From a bacterium (lineage in GTDB: Bacteria > Bacteroidota > Ignavibacteria > Kapaibacteriales > Kapaibacteriaceae): 64,000 nucleotides of DNA. The notes under the pieces are model-generated. The model saw nothing but the letters and a program-made list of their open reading frames with translations, was not told the DNA's origin and did no database searches. Location: assembly GCA_036834845.1 (NCBI GenBank), contig DAITNB010000005.1, forward strand, positions 37,677-101,676, written 5' to 3'. The translations under genes and the position numbers were made by a program. This document shows positions 38,908-48,453 of this stretch, one piece after another; within the stretch, counting starts at the first letter, position 1; each line of letters begins with the position of its first letter.

Positions 38908-39294
38908 TTACACGATCTGTCCGGTCTTTGCTGCCTCGGCCATCTGCGCTGCACGCAGTGCTTGCGCTTCGGCACGAACCTTACGGAACTCACGAAGCTT
39001 TGGATCGAGTTGGAGCGACAGATGCCGCATTACACCCTCTTCGAGGAGGTAGAATTTTTCGAGCAATGGAAGTGTTTCAGGGGGCGCTTCAAACGCCATA
39101 TACGTGTAGTACCCGTTGTACTTCTTCTTGATTGGATAGGCCAAGCGGCGCCGACCCATTTTATTCAGCTCGATGATCGTTGCACCGTTTTCTGCGAGAA
39201 ACGCGTTTACGCGTTCTACGATGGCATCAACTTCCGCATCTTCGAGAACGGCGTTAACGATGTAGGTTGATTCGTACAAGCGACGAACACTCAT
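38908..39294 (-). CDS. rpsF: 30S ribosomal protein S6 (with a basic/Ala-rich C-terminal tail)
   Basis: MSVRRLYESTYIV fits the S6 N-terminus. The track ORF begins 29 codons further upstream. The gene lies 24 nt upstream of rplI with no rpsR between them. Confidence 0.85.
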   Translation of the reverse strand: MSVRRLYESTYIVNAVLEDAEVDAIVERVNAFLAENGATIIELNKMGRRRLAYPIKKKYNGYYTYMAFEAPPETLPLLEKFYLLEEGVMRHLSLQLDPKLREFRKVRAEAQALRAAQMAEAAKTGQIV

Positions 39295-39531
39295 GTGGAA
39301 CTCCTGTGGTTGCTTTTCGCAGCCGGTAACGTCCAGATTATCGGCAGGGTTTACGTAAGTCGGATCTGTTTGAGCCGACAAACATAGGGTAAAAACCTCG
39401 AAACACCAAACAGATCAGGATGTTACGATTGGGAATTCGTGTTATCTTCGCAATCCCTCAGCGGAAGTACCGCTTGGGGGACGCGATCACACGTTTGTGA
39501 GCAGTCTTTCCACCGTTCTTAGTTCTACGTC

Positions 39532-41067
39532 ATGTCCGATCAGATCAACGACCCCGGCACACCGGAGCAAGAAGCTCCATCTTCAGAAACACCAGTCTCT
39601 CAGCCCTCAGCAGAGCCCACAGCAGAGGTTGCAGAAGCAGCACCCGCGCAGCCTGTAGCAGAGGCGCCGGAAGAACAACCGGCAGCGGAAGCGGCACCGG
39701 TTGCAGTAGAAGCGGCACCCGTTGTCGCAGAGCAGCCGGAACCGGCGGTGGCAGCAGTTGCGGCCGTACCGGAATTGTCGGAGGCCGAAAAAGAAGCACT
39801 TGCACAAAAGAAGGAAGAAGAGCGCAAGCGTAAGGAAGAAGAAAAACGTCAGCGCGACGAATCGTATGCGGCACTCGAGCAGCTAAAAGCTGCGGGATCG
39901 AGCTTTGAGGTAACTCTCAAGGAGCGCGTTAAGGGTGGTTTGCGCGGCGAGTTTAATGGTCTGCGTGTATTCCTTCCGGCATCGCACTGCGGAATGCGCA
40001 AGAATGTTTCGGAAGACGAGTTGGCCTCGCTGGTAGGTCAAACTGTTACCGTGAAGGTGCACGATCTGCAGTCGGATGATACTGGATATAAGTCTGCCGT
40101 GATCACGCGTAGAGACCTCTTAGCAGACGAGTTCTGGAATGGTCTGAGTGTAGGACAGGTATTCGACGGCGTGGTATCGTCGGTAACCACCTTTGGTGCC
40201 TTTGTTAATGTAGGCGGCGTAGAGGGATTGGTTCACGTATCTCGGCTGTCGAAGGCACGCATCGAAGACCCATCAACAGTTGTGAAGAAAGGCGACAAGC
40301 TGAAGGTAACAGTGGCAGAAATCGACCGCGACAAGAAGAAGCTTTCACTGTCTCACAAAGAGCACGAAGAAGACGCATGGAAGGGTGTGAATGCGAAATT
40401 CCCTGCGGGAACAAGGGTAAAAGGCACAGTGCGCCGCATAACAGAGTTTGGAGCGTACGTGCAGGTAGCACCACGTATCGAAGGTTTGTTGCGCATCAGC
40501 GAACTTAGTTGGACTCGGCGTATCAAGCACCCGTCAGAGATTGTGTCTATCGGACAAGAAGTAGAACTCGAAGTGCTTTCCGCAAACGAAGAAGCACATC
40601 AACTTGCTCTTGGCTACAAACAAACACAAGAGAACCCTTGGCTTACACTGGCAACCACAATGCCAGTTGGTACAGAAGCAACGGGCATCGTACAGGCAGT
40701 TAGCACTCAGGGCTTGCTGGTAAGAATCGGCGAAAACTTCGATGGCTTTATGCCGCGCTCTAAGATGGTAGGGGGCGTGCGTGGTGGCAAAATCACGATT
40801 GAAGTTGGACAGGAAGTTTCCTGTGTTATTGCAGACATGAATCCAGAGTCCTCCTCGCTTATTCTGGCAATGAAGGGTGAAGACGGCACAATAGGCGGAC
40901 AGAACAACGCCGATGGCGGCCAACGCGAGCGTGGCCCACGCAACGATCGTGGAGACAGAGGAGACAGACGTTCGGATGAACGTTCGAACGTGAATATTCC
41001 GTCGGCCCCGGGCGTAACTCTTGGCGACATGCTGAAGGATGCAGACAAGTCTATCCTCCGGCAGTAA
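39532..41067 (+). CDS. S1 RNA-binding domain protein (ribosomal protein S1-like, 4 S1 repeats) with disordered acidic N-terminal and RGD-rich C-terminal ends
   Basis: S1 repeats of the type GxxVxGxVxxxxxFGAFVxV..GLxHVS occur four times. The N-terminal ~120 aa are E/A/P-rich. The C-terminus is RGPRNDRGDRGDRRSDERS. Confidence 0.75.
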   Translation: MSDQINDPGTPEQEAPSSETPVSQPSAEPTAEVAEAAPAQPVAEAPEEQPAAEAAPVAVEAAPVVAEQPEPAVAAVAAVPELSEAEKEALAQKKEEERKRKEEEKRQRDESYAALEQLKAAGSSFEVTLKERVKGGLRGEFNGLRVFLPASHCGMRKNVSEDELASLVGQTVTVKVHDLQSDDTGYKSAVITRRDLLADEFWNGLSVGQVFDGVVSSVTTFGAFVNVGGVEGLVHVSRLSKARIEDPSTVVKKGDKLKVTVAEIDRDKKKLSLSHKEHEEDAWKGVNAKFPAGTRVKGTVRRITEFGAYVQVAPRIEGLLRISELSWTRRIKHPSEIVSIGQEVELEVLSANEEAHQLALGYKQTQENPWLTLATTMPVGTEATGIVQAVSTQGLLVRIGENFDGFMPRSKMVGGVRGGKITIEVGQEVSCVIADMNPESSSLILAMKGEDGTIGGQNNADGGQRERGPRNDRGDRGDRRSDERSNVNIPSAPGVTLGDMLKDADKSILRQ

Positions 41068-41091
41068 CATTCCGCAAAAGACGAAGATCTT

Positions 41092-41134
41092 ACAGAAGCC
41101 GTCGTGATCACTCCCGACGGCTTCTGTATTTTTC
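41092..41134 (+). terminator. Rho-independent terminator after the S1-domain gene
   Basis: The hairpin is ACAGAAGCCGTCG-TGATCACTCC-CGACGGCTTCTGT, followed by ATTTTTCGGGTT. Confidence 0.7.
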
Positions 41135-41142
41135 GGGTTATC

Positions 41143-41889
41143 ATGACACTACGCCACCAGCTTGCCGCTGCATTGTTCCTCGCGGTTTGTGCCTGCCCCC
41201 TATTCGGACAGGCGCTGCAGCCACGTCCACTAAGTCCTGCAGAGTTTATCAGCAGCGCAGGGTCCGATGACGACGGACGCGTGGGTGTGCCCGGCATGAT
41301 CCACGTTAAAACTTCCACAGATCAAGACAGCGCGTACAAGGCGGCAATGGAACTCTCGTTGCCGTCGCACGTGCGTTTTGCCTTGTCGCTCTACGCCACA
41401 TCTGCCGCCATACGATTCCAAACGGCCTTTGCGCGGCGTCCGTCGATTATGGACCAGATAGCGTCCACTATGAATATCCCTAAGGAGATCTTACAGCCCA
41501 CAGCACAAGAGCGCACACAGTACCAGCTTACCATAGCCAATGCCATGTATGTGCCGGGGGTTCTGCTCTGGCCCATGGGCATGAACTCCGGAAACTTCCA
41601 GGTTTCGTTTAGCGACATAGCGCGTGTTTTTGGCATCGGCGAAGACACGGGACCTGAAATTCGGTATCTGGTAGATGAAACAATCGAAGTTGAGATTGTT
41701 ATCTATTCCACCCAGGCACTCATCGTAAGCACACCATTCCGCGGTATTCAAGCACCGGGCGCGTACACCATTACATGGGACGGGAAAGACCAACGCGGCA
41801 AACCGGTTGGCGCGGGCGAGTTTATTGCAGAGGTGCGTCTCGGTTCAGACAGAATCATGCGTAAGCGCATTGCTTGGACGGGTAAATGA
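41143..41889 (+). CDS. Secreted hypothetical protein with a C-terminal FlgD-Ig-like/beta-sandwich segment
   Basis: The signal peptide is MTLRHQLAAALFLAVCACPLFG. The C-terminus is GAYTITWDGKDQRGKPVGAGEFIAEV. I chose the start downstream of the terminator hairpin. The gene overlaps the next gene by 4 nt. Confidence 0.5.
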   Translation: MTLRHQLAAALFLAVCACPLFGQALQPRPLSPAEFISSAGSDDDGRVGVPGMIHVKTSTDQDSAYKAAMELSLPSHVRFALSLYATSAAIRFQTAFARRPSIMDQIASTMNIPKEILQPTAQERTQYQLTIANAMYVPGVLLWPMGMNSGNFQVSFSDIARVFGIGEDTGPEIRYLVDETIEVEIVIYSTQALIVSTPFRGIQAPGAYTITWDGKDQRGKPVGAGEFIAEVRLGSDRIMRKRIAWTGK

Positions 41890-44765
41890 TGTTGCGCAGA
41901 TGCCTTGCTGTCGTTGTAGCCGTTCTTAGTCTTTGCGGCAGTGCACAATCGCAAACACTTTCGCGGTCCGTTATTCTCTTCTTCGATCGAGAGTCTGACA
42001 TTGCCAGCCAATGGTTTTTCAATGGAAGGCAAGGCGCACTCGATGGACTAACGCCATACGTTGGCAGCCATACAACTTCCCCGTACATTTCCGATGCAGT
42101 ACTCGCGAGCGTAGATCAGGCCTACCGCAGGCAATCCTCAACACTACTCCGTAGCAGGCAGACGGATGTGCTGCCCTTGTTTGCAGTTCTGAGATACGAG
42201 GCCGTGATAGCCCCGGCAACCATCGCTGCAAAACTCCGCAGCGTTCCCGGCGTGCGCCATGCAGAGCCCCTTGCTGAATATCGGCTCGTAGAAACACCCA
42301 ACGATCCCGATCTCTCGCGTCAAACACACATAGACGTTATTCGAGCCGTACAGGCATGGGATTTTGTGCCTCAGGGGGCTAGCATAGTTGTGGGTATTGT
42401 AGACACCGGACTCGACACGGCGCACGTAGACCTCAATGAAAATCTCTGGCGTAACCCCGGTGAAACAGGTGTAGATGCATTTGGCGTAGACAAACGATTC
42501 AACAATGTAGACGACGATAACAATGGGTTTGTAGACGATTGGTTTGGCTGGGACTTTGTTGGGGCCGATGGAGAAACACCAGACAACACCCCCCTACCTG
42601 GCAACGCTCACGGCACACATGTTGCGGGCATCGTAGGTGCTGTGATTAACAACGGTGCCGGCGGTGTTGGTGTGGCCAACCGCGTTAAACTCATGCCCGT
42701 AAAAATTGGGAGAGACAACCCCTCGGCCACCACAGTGTCTCGCTCGGCCGAAGCCATTTTGTATGCGGCCGCAAACGGAGCAGCCATCATCAATTGTTCT
42801 TTTGGCAGTCCAAGTCAGTCCTTCGCAGACGAGTCCGTCATCCGCGAGGCAACCGCTCTTGGCGCACTCGTTGTTGGAGCAGCGGGCAACGACAGGCGCA
42901 TTGCACCATTTTATCCGGCTGCGTACGACCAAGCTGTTTCTGTTGGCGCAACTCGCGATGATGACCGGCTTGCGGGCTTTACAAATCTTCACAGCACAAT
43001 TGATGTTTGTGCGCCGGGCGTTGCAGTGTACTCAACGGTGCCCGGAAATGCCTACGACTTTCTCGATGGTACATCTATGGCCTCGCCCGTTGTTGCAGGA
43101 ATTGCCGCAATGGTGCGCCAACGTTTTCCTGCGTATTCCACAGACCAAGTTCGTGCAGCGCTTATGGCCTCGTGCGATGCTATCGACTCGCTCAACGGAA
43201 TCTTTTTCGGTCTCTATGGCAGTGGCAGGGTGAACGCAGAGCGGGCATTGAGTTCCGCTGCGCCAAGATGGGCGTCTATTTTCGATGCGGTAGTTACAGA
43301 CTACGACGAAGACAACGTACTGCGTCCGGGCGACACCGCGTACGTAAGTTTCACGCTGAAGAACGAACTTTCTTCTGCCAACAACATCGTTGTGCGGATA
43401 TCAACGGCGCCTGCCGCGTTTTCGCCTATTATACTCGCAGATTCCGTGGTTGTTGGTGCGATGGGAACAGGTGAAACACGCCGTATCGACAGTCTGATAC
43501 GTGTTGTGCTTCCAACAGAGGTTCCTTACGACGGCGAGCTTAGACTAATGGCCCTGATAATCGCGGATGGTACACAAGCAGGTAGGCAACTGATTACATC
43601 GAACGTAAACCCAACCTTTGTAACAATCAGCGCAAACGACATAACAACAACAGTAAACTCGCGCGGGAACATCGGATTCAATGATTACTCAACGAATCTC
43701 CAGGGCGTGGGCTTACTCTACAAGAATGGATCCAATCTGCTGTTTGAAGGGGGCATCCTGATTGGTACGGGTCCACGCAATCTTCCGAACGCCGTGCGCG
43801 GGGGCACACCTTCGCAGAAGGACACGTCCTTCCACCCGCTGAGTGTTGCCGAACTGCGTACGGACAGCGTACCATCAGGCGCGCGAGTTACTGCCAATTA
43901 TGCAGATATCTACGATGATTTTGGCTTGGGACTTAAAGTTCGCCAAGTAGTGTATGCGTTAACGGCAGACTCGGTAAAGAATGTTGTTTTTCAAGCGCTC
44001 ACAATTCGCAACACGTCTGATAGTACGTTTCGCGACCTCTACGTGAGCGAGTTCTTCGACGTGGATATTGGTCCGGCAGGTGCATACAATGGCTGTGCTT
44101 GGGATCCTTCAAATGGCATCGGTTTGTTCCAGAACACCCGCGTTGCCAACCTTCCGTCGGTGGGCGTGGCTATGATCTCTTCCCTGCCGGTAAACTTCTT
44201 TGCCATAGACAATCCCGGCGATCTCACATCGCCAAACATTTACGACAACTTTCTGCGCGCGGAAAAGTGGTTAGTGATGACCGGTGGCGTGCGCAGAGCA
44301 AACTCCCGCATCACCGATGTTTCTGCCTGTATTGGCGCTGGTCCATTAGCGTTGGCACCCGGTGAGGAGAAACAGATCGTGTTTGCCATCTCTGCAGCCG
44401 AAGATTACAACGGCGTGCGAGATGCCATTAACAGCGCGCGGCGTGTGGGTTCGGAGATGGGGCTCAACACGGGACCCTTTGTGCAAGCACCCACAGAAGA
44501 TGCCATCGTGCACTTCTCCGGTGGTCCACTATGCGTTCCCGGATCACAAACGGTAATCTTCCGTTTGGCAAGCCCATCCTTTGCGCAGTTAGAGCTTACA
44601 GACCTCTTTGGCTCCGTGCTTGCCACGGCCTTTTACAATCCATATATGCCGTCCGGCCAGCACTCCGTTGAAATCACCGTTCCGAATGCGGCTTCAGGAA
44701 CGTACTTCCTCGTGCTACGCACCGTTGGCTCTACCATCTCGCTTCCGTTCGGCATTGCACAGTAA
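41886..44765 (+). CDS. Subtilisin-like S8 serine peptidase with a T9SS C-terminal sorting domain
   Basis: The catalytic triad blocks are VGIVDTGLD, HGTHVAGIV and GTSMASPVVAGIAAM. A signal peptide is present. The C-terminus GTYFLVLRTVGS... is Por-sorting-like. Confidence 0.9.
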   Translation: MMLRRCLAVVVAVLSLCGSAQSQTLSRSVILFFDRESDIASQWFFNGRQGALDGLTPYVGSHTTSPYISDAVLASVDQAYRRQSSTLLRSRQTDVLPLFAVLRYEAVIAPATIAAKLRSVPGVRHAEPLAEYRLVETPNDPDLSRQTHIDVIRAVQAWDFVPQGASIVVGIVDTGLDTAHVDLNENLWRNPGETGVDAFGVDKRFNNVDDDNNGFVDDWFGWDFVGADGETPDNTPLPGNAHGTHVAGIVGAVINNGAGGVGVANRVKLMPVKIGRDNPSATTVSRSAEAILYAAANGAAIINCSFGSPSQSFADESVIREATALGALVVGAAGNDRRIAPFYPAAYDQAVSVGATRDDDRLAGFTNLHSTIDVCAPGVAVYSTVPGNAYDFLDGTSMASPVVAGIAAMVRQRFPAYSTDQVRAALMASCDAIDSLNGIFFGLYGSGRVNAERALSSAAPRWASIFDAVVTDYDEDNVLRPGDTAYVSFTLKNELSSANNIVVRISTAPAAFSPIILADSVVVGAMGTGETRRIDSLIRVVLPTEVPYDGELRLMALIIADGTQAGRQLITSNVNPTFVTISANDITTTVNSRGNIGFNDYSTNLQGVGLLYKNGSNLLFEGGILIGTGPRNLPNAVRGGTPSQKDTSFHPLSVAELRTDSVPSGARVTANYADIYDDFGLGLKVRQVVYALTADSVKNVVFQALTIRNTSDSTFRDLYVSEFFDVDIGPAGAYNGCAWDPSNGIGLFQNTRVANLPSVGVAMISSLPVNFFAIDNPGDLTSPNIYDNFLRAEKWLVMTGGVRRANSRITDVSACIGAGPLALAPGEEKQIVFAISAAEDYNGVRDAINSARRVGSEMGLNTGPFVQAPTEDAIVHFSGGPLCVPGSQTVIFRLASPSFAQLELTDLFGSVLATAFYNPYMPSGQHSVEITVPNAASGTYFLVLRTVGSTISLPFGIAQ

Positions 44766-46178
44766 CTACCGCTTGATGAGCACGCCTACTGCCTCTACAT
44801 GATATGTCTGCGGGAACATATCTACTGGCGTTACTCGGGCCACGTCGTACATCTCTGCTAGTATAGCGCAATCTCTCGCCATCGTTGCCGGATTACAGCT
44901 TACGTACACTACTCGCGGTGGCGCCACTTCCATTATGTGCCGCACAACCTGCTCGTGCATACCACTGCGCGGCGGATCTATCATGATTACGTTGGGTGTT
45001 GCGAAACTCTTCAGCACGGATATGGCCGCTGGTTTATGCAGATCCAGCACGTGCAGTTCTACATTGGTAATTCCGTTCCGCTCGGCGTTCTGCTTTGCGT
45101 CGCTTATAGAACCGGCAGAGAGCTCGGCACCAAGAACATGTTTGGCAGAACGCGCCGCCGGAAGCGTAAGCGTACCCGTGCCACAATACAAATCCCACAC
45201 AACAGAATCTGCGTTTACGGCTGCCCCTTCAATCGCTTCTTCTACGAGGGCGGGCAAATGGTGTGTATTTGTTTGGAAGAACGAAAACGGAGATATCCTG
45301 AACGTTACACCGTTCGACGTCTCGTCGAGATATCCCGGTCCCAGGGTCTGAACAATGTGTCCTACGGCCACAGGAGAATGCGAGTCGTTTACCGCGTGAA
45401 TCATACTCGACCCACGAGGCAAACCCGAAAACGCGCTCAACCATTCATTTACAAAAACGGTCTCCGCCTCCTCGGTTGGCGTTGTGGTGATAAGTATGGC
45501 CATCACAGAGCCCGTTGTAGCAGATGTTCGTAACACAAGATGACGGGCAAATCCGGTGTGTAACCTTTGATGGTAGGCACGCACGCTTGAGTTCTGCGCA
45601 CAGCGATGGGTGTGGGCTAATACTGCATCTGCCGCATCAGCATGGAGCAAACACGATTCGATGTGCCGCACCTTATCAAACCTGCCGGGAACGTGTAGGC
45701 CTAGAGCGAACCGCACATCGAAGTCTTCCCCACTATCAATTTCCGACCTGGTTAGCCACTTGGACGCACCAAAGGAAAACTCCATTTTGTTACGATATCG
45801 GTAGTCGAGCGGCGAGGTAAGTGTATCTCGAATTTCGCCCACCGCTATGCGCGCTATGCGCTCGAATGCATCCACAACATGATTGCGTTTCCACAGTGTT
45901 TGCTGGCTACCGTGGAAGTGTTGCCACTTGCAGCCGCCACACACACCGAAGTGTGGGCAGGGGGCTTGCTGGCGATGTGGCGACGGCTCGAGAATTTCGA
46001 TGGCAGCAGCTTCCACAAAGTTTTTCTTTTTGCGAATCACCCGAGCCCGCACCCGTTCGCCCGGAAGTGCCCCGGAAACAAAGTGCACAAGATCTCCGAT
46101 GCGTCCTACGGACACGCCTTCCAACCCGATAGAATCAACGGTTATCTCGATTTCCTGATACTCTCTTCTCGTTCGCAT
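44766..46178 (-). CDS. rlmD: 23S rRNA (uracil-5)-methyltransferase RlmD/RumA family (TRAM + 4Fe-4S + SAM methyltransferase)
   Basis: It has a TRAM domain. The Cys cluster is CPHFGVCGGCKWQH. The C-terminal MTase has DPPRSG. The start is at the internal Met at 46178, because the upstream 46 codons of the track ORF have no homology. Confidence 0.8.
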   Translation of the reverse strand: MRTRREYQEIEITVDSIGLEGVSVGRIGDLVHFVSGALPGERVRARVIRKKKNFVEAAAIEILEPSPHRQQAPCPHFGVCGGCKWQHFHGSQQTLWKRNHVVDAFERIARIAVGEIRDTLTSPLDYRYRNKMEFSFGASKWLTRSEIDSGEDFDVRFALGLHVPGRFDKVRHIESCLLHADAADAVLAHTHRCAQNSSVRAYHQRLHTGFARHLVLRTSATTGSVMAILITTTPTEEAETVFVNEWLSAFSGLPRGSSMIHAVNDSHSPVAVGHIVQTLGPGYLDETSNGVTFRISPFSFFQTNTHHLPALVEEAIEGAAVNADSVVWDLYCGTGTLTLPAARSAKHVLGAELSAGSISDAKQNAERNGITNVELHVLDLHKPAAISVLKSFATPNVIMIDPPRSGMHEQVVRHIMEVAPPRVVYVSCNPATMARDCAILAEMYDVARVTPVDMFPQTYHVEAVGVLIKR

Positions 46179-46241
46179 CGCCTGCCATTGGTATGTTTGA
46201 TGCTGCAAAGGTAAACCGCAAACCCACCATCGGCACTTTCG

Positions 46242-47267
46242 ATGATCGAGATTCGACTTTACACCAATAACGCAGTTCGCTCTATCACGGCAGAGGAACT
46301 TCTGTCTATAGATCATCAGAGTATGACCTCGGAGCAGATGGTTTGGGTAGATCTCGCCTCTCCTACCGAAGAAGAAGAGCGGTCTATCTTCCGTTCATGG
46401 TTCCCACTGCACGAGCTTGTTCTCGAAGACATGGAACATGCCGTGGCCGACAGCGATGGCGAGATACTTCATCACCCAAAAATCGAAGATTACGGAAGCT
46501 ACCTCTACATCATTTTTCGGTCGATGACTCCACCGGAAGCTATGCCAGACAACGTGCTGTCCTACATATCTATGATGAAGGAAGCCCAGCTTAACGTTAT
46601 CGTCTCCGAACACGTTCTCATAACGCATCACTCGGGCATTGTGCATGCGGCACCTAATACTCGGTTGGCTTGCGACAGAAACCCCCTTATCATGAAACGT
46701 GGTCCCGATTACTTACTTCATCTTCTCATGGATGACCTTGTAGACGACTACATGCCGCTTGTGCAGATGATAGACGACAAGATCGCCGATCTGGAGCGCT
46801 CAGTTTTTGCTCGATCCACTAATCTTACGTTAATGAGACTTCTCTCCGTAAAGCGCGAGCTCCAGCGAATCCGTCGAGTACTATCCTATCAGCGGGAGAT
46901 CGCCAACCGTCTATCACGCGGTGAGTTTGCGCTCGTTTCTCACGAAGAGTCGTTCTATTACCGCAATGTTTACGACCACTTAGTGCGGCTTACCGACCAA
47001 ATTGACGAGGCGCGAGAGTTGGCAACCTCCATTATGGAAGCATATTTCTCCGTAAGCTCGGTGCGCCTGAACGAAGTGATGAAGGTACTCACCGTAATCA
47101 GCACCACATTCTTGCCTATCACTTTTATTACCAGTCTCTACGGAATGAACTTCGAGTTTATGCCAGAACTCCACCAGCCATGGGGATATCCTGCTGTGCT
47201 CGGGTTGATAGTTGTGGTAGCCGTAACCATGGTATTCATCTTCCGCAAACGGGGTTGGCTTGGCTAA
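46242..47267 (+). CDS. corA: Magnesium/cobalt transporter CorA
   Basis: The YGMNF (GMN) motif is followed by two C-terminal TM helices. Confidence 0.9.
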   Translation: MIEIRLYTNNAVRSITAEELLSIDHQSMTSEQMVWVDLASPTEEEERSIFRSWFPLHELVLEDMEHAVADSDGEILHHPKIEDYGSYLYIIFRSMTPPEAMPDNVLSYISMMKEAQLNVIVSEHVLITHHSGIVHAAPNTRLACDRNPLIMKRGPDYLLHLLMDDLVDDYMPLVQMIDDKIADLERSVFARSTNLTLMRLLSVKRELQRIRRVLSYQREIANRLSRGEFALVSHEESFYYRNVYDHLVRLTDQIDEARELATSIMEAYFSVSSVRLNEVMKVLTVISTTFLPITFITSLYGMNFEFMPELHQPWGYPAVLGLIVVVAVTMVFIFRKRGWLG

Positions 47268-48399
47268 GCGCGTGTTAGCCGTTCTCTGCCTCGTGGCACT
47301 TGCATATGCCGAAGTGGCAACGCAAGGCAGTGCGGTGGCAAACTCCGTAACCGCCCTAACCATGCAAAGTCAGGCAGATGGCAGCGTGTTGCTTCGGGTT
47401 TCCGCAGCGGAAGGTATTCGGAGTTTTCAGCGGCCAGAGAGAACAAAGGACGGTTTCGTTCTTCGCATTCCCGATTGTGCAATCTCGGCAAGCGCCGTAG
47501 ATAGTGTACCCGGCACCAACAACGTTTCTCTTCGCGCAGAACAGGTTCGCACAACAGCCCTTGTGCGCGTGCGCGCGAAGAGCTTTGATAGTGCCGATGT
47601 GCGACGCGAGGGTTTGCGCACATTGGTGTACACGTTTCGATCAAAGGCCGATCCGGATACCGCTACCAAGAAACCAACGGATCATGGTCGGTGGTCGTTA
47701 GACGTTGTGGTGATTGATGCAGGTCATGGCGGGCAAGACGCCGGCGCCGAGGGTATAAACGGCGTTTACGAGAAAGACGTTACACTTTCTATTGCAAAAA
47801 AACTCCGCGATCGGATTGCCGAAATGCTTCCAAAGACGAAGGTGGTGATGACCCGAGACACCGACGTTTTTGTTGAACTCTACCGTCGCACGCAAATAGC
47901 CAACGAAGCCGGTGGCAAGCTGTTTATTAGTATCCACTGCAATAGTATGCCCACAAAGCCCCATCCCGCGCACGGATGCGAGACGTACATCCTGCGTCCC
48001 GGACGCAATGATGATGCTGCGCGAGTGGCTGCCCGAGAGAACTCTTCTGTCCGTTTCGAACAATCTTCGTCTCGATATGCTGGGATGACAGAAGAGCAGA
48101 TAATAATTGCAACAATGGCTCAGCGTAGCTTTGTGCGTCTTAGTGAACAGTTCGCTTCCACAATTCAACGAGAAGTACACGCGGATACGCCTCTCCATGA
48201 TAGAGGTGTAAACCAGGCGGGATTCTTCGTACTTGTGGGTGCCTCCATGCCGAATGTTCTCGTTGAGACCGGCTTTTTGTCGAACACTACAGATGCCGCC
48301 TATCTTGCCTCGAAGTCTGGTCAGGAGTCTATTGCCAACGCGTTAGCCACCGCAATACGTCAATATTCATCCACGTACGAACGCTCACTTCGTCACTAA
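47260..48399 (+). CDS. N-acetylmuramoyl-L-alanine amidase (Amidase_3, AmiC-like) with an N-terminal AMIN-like domain
   Basis: It has a signal peptide. The Amidase_3 zinc-site motif is VVIDAGHGGQDAGAEG. The gene overlaps corA by 8 nt. Confidence 0.85.
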   Translation: MAKRVLAVLCLVALAYAEVATQGSAVANSVTALTMQSQADGSVLLRVSAAEGIRSFQRPERTKDGFVLRIPDCAISASAVDSVPGTNNVSLRAEQVRTTALVRVRAKSFDSADVRREGLRTLVYTFRSKADPDTATKKPTDHGRWSLDVVVIDAGHGGQDAGAEGINGVYEKDVTLSIAKKLRDRIAEMLPKTKVVMTRDTDVFVELYRRTQIANEAGGKLFISIHCNSMPTKPHPAHGCETYILRPGRNDDAARVAARENSSVRFEQSSSRYAGMTEEQIIIATMAQRSFVRLSEQFASTIQREVHADTPLHDRGVNQAGFFVLVGASMPNVLVETGFLSNTTDAAYLASKSGQESIANALATAIRQYSSTYERSLRH

Positions 48400-48453
48400 T
48401 TCGTCTGCCGTTTCCACTTTTGCAACCACAGTTACACAGAAAGCAGTCTTAGG

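Noticed and set aside
39600-39830. Low-complexity GC-rich stretch with internal repeats upstream of the S1 domains
   Set aside because: It is in frame within the S1-domain protein and encodes an acidic Ala/Glu/Pro-rich disordered N-terminus. It is not a non-coding repeat.
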